From contig CAWBZI010000002.1 in assembly GCA_963793265.1 (NCBI GenBank), positions 352,001 through 416,000 on the forward strand: a stretch of DNA of 64,000 bases, given 5' to 3'. Positions within the stretch are counted from its first letter, which is position 1. Every line of letters starts with the position of its first letter. Shown one piece after another: positions 59,101-64,000 of this stretch. A model generated the notes under the pieces. That model was not told the origin of the DNA. It was given only the letters and a program-made list of their open reading frames with translations, and ran no database searches. Source of the stretch: an uncultured cyanobacterium. Its GTDB lineage: Bacteria; Cyanobacteriota; Cyanobacteriia; Phormidesmidales; Phormidesmidaceae. A program made the position numbers and the translations under genes.

Positions 59101-61405
59101 TTTTCGGCTAGCGACGGGCGGCGATCGCTGGACTCAGGCTCATCAGGGGCTCACGCATCCTAACGTGTATGCGCTAGTAGGTGCAGGCGATCGGCTGTAT
59201 GCGGCAACGGGTACCGGACGCGATGAGCGATCGCCCAGAGGTGTCTTTTGTTTGTTAGATAATCAGGCAGACGAGCAAACAGGCTGGCATTCTACAGGGC
59301 TTACCAATATCGATGTGCAAACGCTAGCCGTGCAGCAAAACGGAGAGACGTTCTCTCTATGGGCAGGTACGCTCGAACAAGGGCTTTTTTATTCAGACAA
59401 CAGTGGCGATAGCTGGCAGGCTTTGCCACAGTGGGAGGAAGGTGAAGGGCTGTTGGAGAGTGAGGGCGAATGGGTGAGGGTAACCGTCGATCAGCCTGAC
59501 TTGCGGGTAGGCGATACGATTCGGGCTTCAGGGCAGATTAGAGAAGTTGTTGAAGTTAGGCGTGAGAATGAGCCGTTTGAGTTTCGTGTGTCAGAACCGT
59601 TTAGGCCCGATTTGCTGGCTAAGACGCCTTTTAGCATCGGTACCGGGCTGACAAATCCTCGGGTGACAGCTTTGTTGATCGATCAAGCAGAGGAGAGGGA
59701 AACGGTTGTTTTTGCCGGGACGGCGGGCAGCGGCGTGTTTCGTTCGGGTGATCGCGAGGGGCGATGGCAGGCGGTAGGAGAGAAAACGGCAGCTTTAGAG
59801 ATTCGCTGCTTAGCCAAAGGTGAAAACGGACGCATTTGGGCGGGAACTCAGCTCAACGGTATCTTCTATAGCGAAAATGAAGGAGAAACATGGCTCGCCT
59901 ACAGCCAAGACTTACACAACACCGCCGTGCATTCAATTTTACCGATGGCGGATCGGCTGCTGGCGGCAGGGTCAGGCACACTGCTAAATACAGCCGGGAA
60001 CTATGCGGTTCCACTTCAGGTAGGCGATATTTTGCAGGTGGTGAAGCCGCCGCAGTCTAAGACGCCTAACGTTGATGATTTGGCAGCGCCCGATCTTACA
60101 GAAGGTGGATGGTGGACGGTGCGCAATCGCGAAGGCTTTACCGGCAGACTTACCACCGTGTCGCCCTCGGACTTAAAGCTGTTGCCTGCTGCTGAAACGG
60201 ACGCCTGGGTTAGTGAGAAAGGAGAGATTGACTATCCGCCCGAAGATCAGCGGCACCCGATTTTTACGCTGGTAGAGCCGCTGCAATATAGCTATGACCC
60301 GGCAACGGTGACGATAGCGGCTAATGTCGCTCTGGCAACGCATGGAGAGACGGTGGGTGAAACGCTGGGGAGTGGGGATGGGACGCGATCGCGCCAAACC
60401 TTCACACTTCAACAGCCGCCGCTCACCTACACCGCAGGCCAAAGCATTCAGCTTAACAGCTCTTTGCAAGTGCGCGTTAACGGCATCTTGTGGCAAGAAG
60501 TCAATTCCCTCTATGGCGCAAAGCCTCACGATCCGATTTACACCGTGAAACTAGAAGACGATGGCACCCCCCATATCTCTTTTGGTGATGGCATCGCCGG
60601 GGCAAGGCTCCCCACTGGCCTAGAAAACATTACTGCAACCTACCGCACTGGCAGCGGTTTAGACGGAGAAGTAGACGCTGAGAAGCTCACGCTGCTAAAA
60701 ACCAAGCCGCTAGGACTCGTGGCCTCGAACAATCCGCTACCCGCCATCGGCGCGGCACCGCCTGAAACGCTACAGACTGCCCGAACCAAAGCCCCCGCCA
60801 CGCTGCGCACGCTAGATCGAATTGTCTCTTTATCAGACTTTGAAGACTTTGCTCGCGCCTATCCTGGGATTGGGAAAGCGCAGGCGATCGCAGTTTGGAC
60901 AGGCCGCGCCCAGTGGGTACACATCACCATTGCCGGGTTAGACAACAGTTCGCAGAGCCAAACCCTAGACGAAACTTCGCGGCTGTACGAAGAACTTGTC
61001 GCCGCCATTGACCGCAACCGTGACCCTATTCAACAGATGCAGGTGAACTTTAGCAAAGTAGAACGGTTCAACTTAGCCGCCAGAGTGTTGATCGATTCTG
61101 TTTATGAGGAGCATCAGGTAATGGAACAGGTAACGGCCTCTTTGCAGGCGATGTTTGCCTTTGAGCAGAGAGCGTTTGGGCAGGCCGTGACTGCTTCAGA
61201 AGCGATCGCGGCCATTCAATCAGTAGCCGGTGTTGTTGCCGTCGATTTAGACGCCCTCTATCGATTTGGCCAAAGCAAAAACCGCCGCACTGAGCTACCT
61301 GCTACCACCGCCTACTGGGACGCGCAGCTCGGCGAAATTCTTCCAGCCCAGCTTCTACTCCTCAATCCCAACGGTATCGAACTCAAGGCGGTGACCAGAC
61401 TATGA
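56162..61405 (+). CDS. Baseplate J-like protein 2 with inserted BNR/beta-propeller regions and an Arg-rich insert
   Basis: TFYQERIANEGFL, IGYELKPGVAA, ETLGSGDG, FGDGIAGARLPTG and RIVSLSDFEDFAR flank Asp-box repeats (STDDGETW, SKDGGDTW, SDNSGDSW, SENEGETW). Confidence 0.88.
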   Translation: MTAFDGGIREVSRPYNRPGLDELSYRVGDYHRFRQKLVSALSQPVLPGGPSLATLTTRSSDDGAIALLDAWSIMADVLTFYQERIANEGFLNTATERLSVLELARSIGYELKPGVAASTFLSFEVEAIALEVDPTIVIPTGTQVESVPGEDELPQLFETVTEIVARPEWNAIAPRPTRPQSITDQATELRLNGTDTQLQSGDWVLLIDEHAPDHWQLLPISEVVADRADSQTLIRWTQPPISNSTEQRSSRLYSQPQVWAFRQSARLFGSEAPQWQSLPGETKRAALEAAAQNNAEEGDHVPVLHSGVFSSTDDGETWQALSTGLPDKDIFSLAALDDGTLLAATAGSGIFRRRRGDVAWQPASAGLDQLTVLTLTVEGAGEDATIYAGTGGGGLYRSKDGGDTWVGIHTGRIRVESTGGNEWASVNNSLPSTVVRAVGTVSFASSTYTLAGTDNGLYFCKEIDLERTWQRIPASAGFVIKAFQHNTASGQPGAVIASDRGVYEVLHTTSGEIPLGLRLSIAEFEEPAQTFWAGDRELIAGTPTGISVYRGWQEPREDRGGVERRQSVEDRRSGKDRRLSIKRRLRGRKLLSGQRRLSVRRKVSERRQISRERRVGGERRFEERREFQGQRSQHFPLDTSVQALVSTPSNLLAATPKGIFALKERGTNWQFDQPVKLPVDTLTLVTASDGTIYSGSRFIEPATDALNPISAESAGVENAASSARQTQLNQAKRAPSNWPGFNLKTARRIDLDTLYPQVISPSWLALIDTVDEEVKGEIAAVTAAQSTPRKDFGLDTQITRLTLSSALENPAQFSLRNTQVLAQSEQIELALEPLTVAAQQHKIFQDPLRGKQIFLSRYVAHLQPQQSVLIRGKHLRAEVVSVGGVFSARSPQPDQFDTAPWNAQNTGLTTTNIRALAIAPNQQQIYAGTDEGIFVASLPTTESSFGLTWRPLNQGLLNKSVQCLVIQENGSIYAGTSDGIFRLATGGDRWTQAHQGLTHPNVYALVGAGDRLYAATGTGRDERSPRGVFCLLDNQADEQTGWHSTGLTNIDVQTLAVQQNGETFSLWAGTLEQGLFYSDNSGDSWQALPQWEEGEGLLESEGEWVRVTVDQPDLRVGDTIRASGQIREVVEVRRENEPFEFRVSEPFRPDLLAKTPFSIGTGLTNPRVTALLIDQAEERETVVFAGTAGSGVFRSGDREGRWQAVGEKTAALEIRCLAKGENGRIWAGTQLNGIFYSENEGETWLAYSQDLHNTAVHSILPMADRLLAAGSGTLLNTAGNYAVPLQVGDILQVVKPPQSKTPNVDDLAAPDLTEGGWWTVRNREGFTGRLTTVSPSDLKLLPAAETDAWVSEKGEIDYPPEDQRHPIFTLVEPLQYSYDPATVTIAANVALATHGETVGETLGSGDGTRSRQTFTLQQPPLTYTAGQSIQLNSSLQVRVNGILWQEVNSLYGAKPHDPIYTVKLEDDGTPHISFGDGIAGARLPTGLENITATYRTGSGLDGEVDAEKLTLLKTKPLGLVASNNPLPAIGAAPPETLQTARTKAPATLRTLDRIVSLSDFEDFARAYPGIGKAQAIAVWTGRAQWVHITIAGLDNSSQSQTLDETSRLYEELVAAIDRNRDPIQQMQVNFSKVERFNLAARVLIDSVYEEHQVMEQVTASLQAMFAFEQRAFGQAVTASEAIAAIQSVAGVVAVDLDALYRFGQSKNRRTELPATTAYWDAQLGEILPAQLLLLNPNGIELKAVTRL

Positions 61406-64000
61406 CTTCTCTAACACCCACTTCTCCTACTCCCGCCGAAAAGCTCTACGCCCTACTCCCGGCCATTCACCGCATTCGCGACGCCGCTGAAGGGGAGCCT
61501 TTACGGGCGCTGCTAGCTATCTTAGAGCAAGAGTTTGACACGCTAGAACAAGATATCGAAGGGCTGTACGACAACTGGTTTATTGAAACCTGTGATGAGT
61601 GGGTTGTGCCCTACATTGGAGACTTGTTGGACGTACGTGAGCTGTATGCCAAGGCAGGACGCGGCAGACCCGACGAGAACAACTACGGCCAGCAGTACGG
61701 CCAGCAGGAGCGCCGGGCCTATGTGGCAAATACGCTCGCTTACCGGCGGCGAAAGGGGACTGTGCCCATATTAGAACAGTTGGTGCAGGATATCACTGGC
61801 TGGCGATCGCGCGCGGTAGAGTTCTTTCAGCTACTCGCCACCACGCAAAACATCAATCACGAGCGCCCCAGCAACACCACGGTAGACTTAAGATCTGGAC
61901 GCCAGCCCGACCGCATAGGCACCGCATTTGAACGGCAGGCTTCTTACTCGCTAGAGGTGCGAAACACCAATCAGGGCCGCTATAACCTGCCGACCATCGG
62001 GCTATTTATTTGGCGGCTACGAAGCTATGCAACACCAGTGTGCAGCGCCCGGCTAGTCGAAGGCGATCGCGGCTACACCTTCGACCCCATCGGCAGCTCA
62101 CAACCGTTATTCAACCGTCCTCAAACGGCTACCGACACCGCCCGGCTAACCCGAGAGATCAACGTGCCTGCGCCACTCCGCCGCACTGCGTTAAAGCAAG
62201 AGATCGAGAATCTGCAACAAAGGCTTGCACTGGGTCAAAAAATAGAAGATTTGTCAGATCAGTTCGATCTCTCTAGCCAGCAAATGGTAGTACGGCTGAA
62301 GCGAGAGCAGCAGGCACTAGCAGCCGCCATTCCTCGGAGCGATCGCTATTTAGACAATTCCCAGCCTGTTTTCTCTATCTACTTTGACGGTGAGCAGGTG
62401 CCCGCTGAGGAAATTAGCATTCAAACGCTTGCTGAAGAAAACAATCGGTGGAAGCCGCCGCAGGCCGAGAGCGGTTCTCGGATAAAGGCCAAAGTGGTTG
62501 TTGATCCTGAGAGCGGGCGGCTGTGGTGTTTGTCGCTGCCGCCGCAGTCGGTGCAGGTGAGCTATAGCTACGGTTTTAGTGGCGACGTGGGGAGCGGCGT
62601 TTATGACCGTAGAGCGGCGATCGCACAGACCATGCTGGGCTCGCATAAAATTTGGCGCGTAGACTCAGCGCAGGCTTTAACCGACGCTACGCTGCAATGG
62701 AACGAAATTACGCAGCTATGGCTAATGCAGCAACAGCAGCAGTCTATCGTCTTAGGCCGCATTGCTTTGGACGGCGAAGGGAAAGTTCAGGAATGGCAGC
62801 ACAATCAATTGGTCATCAGCCCTCCCATTGTTGTCTCGCCGGGTAGCCGAGAGTTATTAATCAGCAGCGGCACTATCAAGAACGGACGTGGCGCGACTTT
62901 AATGATAAAAGCAGCGCAGCAGGTCGGTTTCTCAGCAGACGATGCCTACTTGACAATCACGATATTTGCGACGGCTGCAGATAGTGGTAATGATGCTCTA
63001 ATTGCAGCTGCGCCTGAGATTGATCGCGGGGTTATTTTACTGACGAATTCTCTCTCTTATCCTGATGCGATCGCCGTCAACGTCTCAGCCAACAAACAGC
63101 TCTCTATCGTAGCCGCCAACGGTCAAAGACCTCACCTGTGCGGCAATATATACGCGCGTGGCGTGGCGACTAATCGTGAGAATCCTGGCGCGATCGCCCT
63201 CGAAGGACTGCTGCTTGAAGGTCGCCTTATTTTACTAGCCGGGCACCTCAAACACTTGCAGATAAGCCACTGTACCCTCGTACCTTCCGAGCGAGCCTTA
63301 AGCGGTATGAGGGTAGATGCGCTGCTCTCGCCACTAGATAGAGAAGAAGATTTGGCCCAGTCAGGCATCGATAGCGTGATGCTAATGGCGCTGTGGCTAT
63401 ATCTGTTTACGCTCATTCAACAGATCATAAAAATTGGGTTCGATTCACAGCGCTCTACACCGCAGAAAAATCTGCACAAGCTTTGGTGGATAGCCCAAAG
63501 CCAGCTCAGCTTGTTAATTGCTAGCCTGAAAGAGATATTTCAAACCTGCGCGGCTGAAGGCGAAACCGATCTGCTCGATTTGCCAGGATACAAGACGTTT
63601 CAAAGCGTAACGTATCTACCCGATCTCGCCTGTGACAATGCAGCGCTAACCGTGACAGTCGAGCGTAGCATTACCGGCCCGCTAGCCCTAGCGGAAACGA
63701 TACCCACCTTAGTTTGTACAGACAGCTTAATTCATCAGGGATGGACGAGTGAAACGCCGATAGCAGCTCAGGGCCAGCGGGCGATCGCAGCATCAGGTGC
63801 AAACGCCACTATCAACACCACCACCGTATTCGGCGCGACGAAAGTCCGAGAAATCACAGCCAATAATTCCCTCTTTACCGACACGCTACAGGCCCAGCTA
63901 CAGCAGTCCGGCTGCGTTCGCTTTAGCAGCCTGCCGCCAACGTCCAAAACGCCCAGACGCGAGCGGACTCAGCCCGATCTATCCACTCAAAAACTAGACC
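61402..64000 (+). CDS. CIS baseplate wedge / phage tail protein I-like (3' end runs off the window)
   Basis: ATGA overlap; KLYALLPAIHRIRD, LYDNWFIETCDEWVVPYIGDLL, VANTLAYRRRKGT; the same frame reads QQSGCVRFS...KTPRR near the window end. Confidence 0.85.
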   Translation, partial: MTSLTPTSPTPAEKLYALLPAIHRIRDAAEGEPLRALLAILEQEFDTLEQDIEGLYDNWFIETCDEWVVPYIGDLLDVRELYAKAGRGRPDENNYGQQYGQQERRAYVANTLAYRRRKGTVPILEQLVQDITGWRSRAVEFFQLLATTQNINHERPSNTTVDLRSGRQPDRIGTAFERQASYSLEVRNTNQGRYNLPTIGLFIWRLRSYATPVCSARLVEGDRGYTFDPIGSSQPLFNRPQTATDTARLTREINVPAPLRRTALKQEIENLQQRLALGQKIEDLSDQFDLSSQQMVVRLKREQQALAAAIPRSDRYLDNSQPVFSIYFDGEQVPAEEISIQTLAEENNRWKPPQAESGSRIKAKVVVDPESGRLWCLSLPPQSVQVSYSYGFSGDVGSGVYDRRAAIAQTMLGSHKIWRVDSAQALTDATLQWNEITQLWLMQQQQQSIVLGRIALDGEGKVQEWQHNQLVISPPIVVSPGSRELLISSGTIKNGRGATLMIKAAQQVGFSADDAYLTITIFATAADSGNDALIAAAPEIDRGVILLTNSLSYPDAIAVNVSANKQLSIVAANGQRPHLCGNIYARGVATNRENPGAIALEGLLLEGRLILLAGHLKHLQISHCTLVPSERALSGMRVDALLSPLDREEDLAQSGIDSVMLMALWLYLFTLIQQIIKIGFDSQRSTPQKNLHKLWWIAQSQLSLLIASLKEIFQTCAAEGETDLLDLPGYKTFQSVTYLPDLACDNAALTVTVERSITGPLALAETIPTLVCTDSLIHQGWTSETPIAAQGQRAIAASGANATINTTTVFGATKVREITANNSLFTDTLQAQLQQSGCVRFSSLPPTSKTPRRERTQPDLSTQKLD

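Noticed and set aside
611..63788. Frequent GCGATCGC palindromes as a novel repeat
   Set aside because: This is the well-known cyanobacterial HIP1 octamer (for example at 611, 1719, 49601 and 63781).
61583..63997. Short ORFs near the window end
   Set aside because: They are alternative-frame or antisense shadows of the long ORF starting at 61402.
49611..64000. Prophage or type VI secretion system
   Set aside because: No capsid, terminase, integrase or TssJLM/ClpV genes in view; gene order with tandem baseplate J genes fits an eCIS-like locus.

Overview
Cyanobacterial chromosomal window, judged from very frequent HIP1 GCGATCGC octamers, PEP-CTERM proteins and a cyanobacteriochrome. Left to right: a partial SLH/ELWxxDGT surface protein coupled to a CBS-PAS-GGDEF-EAL gene; an insert-Cys-type CBCR histidine kinase; metabolic genes; a degenerate adenylate-kinase/thioredoxin fusion; secreted PEP-CTERM and GEVED proteins; a type I restriction-modification operon carrying a PIN toxin-antitoxin pair, a zinc-finger remnant and a four-helix-bundle gene bracketed by two heptamer-repeat hairpins; a decayed iron-related region with two Fur-like boxes; an ArsR-pstSCAB operon bracketed by two near-identical inverted 162-bp MITEs containing REP-like doublets, one of which interrupts an IS5 pseudogene; response-regulator pseudogenes; a MASE1 two-component pair; a split two-module NRPS with methyltransferase and terminal reductase; and, from 49.6 kb to the end, the baseplate/spike part of a contractile injection system (eCIS-like) with unusual insertions. 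No rRNA, tRNA or CRISPR array was seen. All calls come from motif recognition by eye; no database searches were run.
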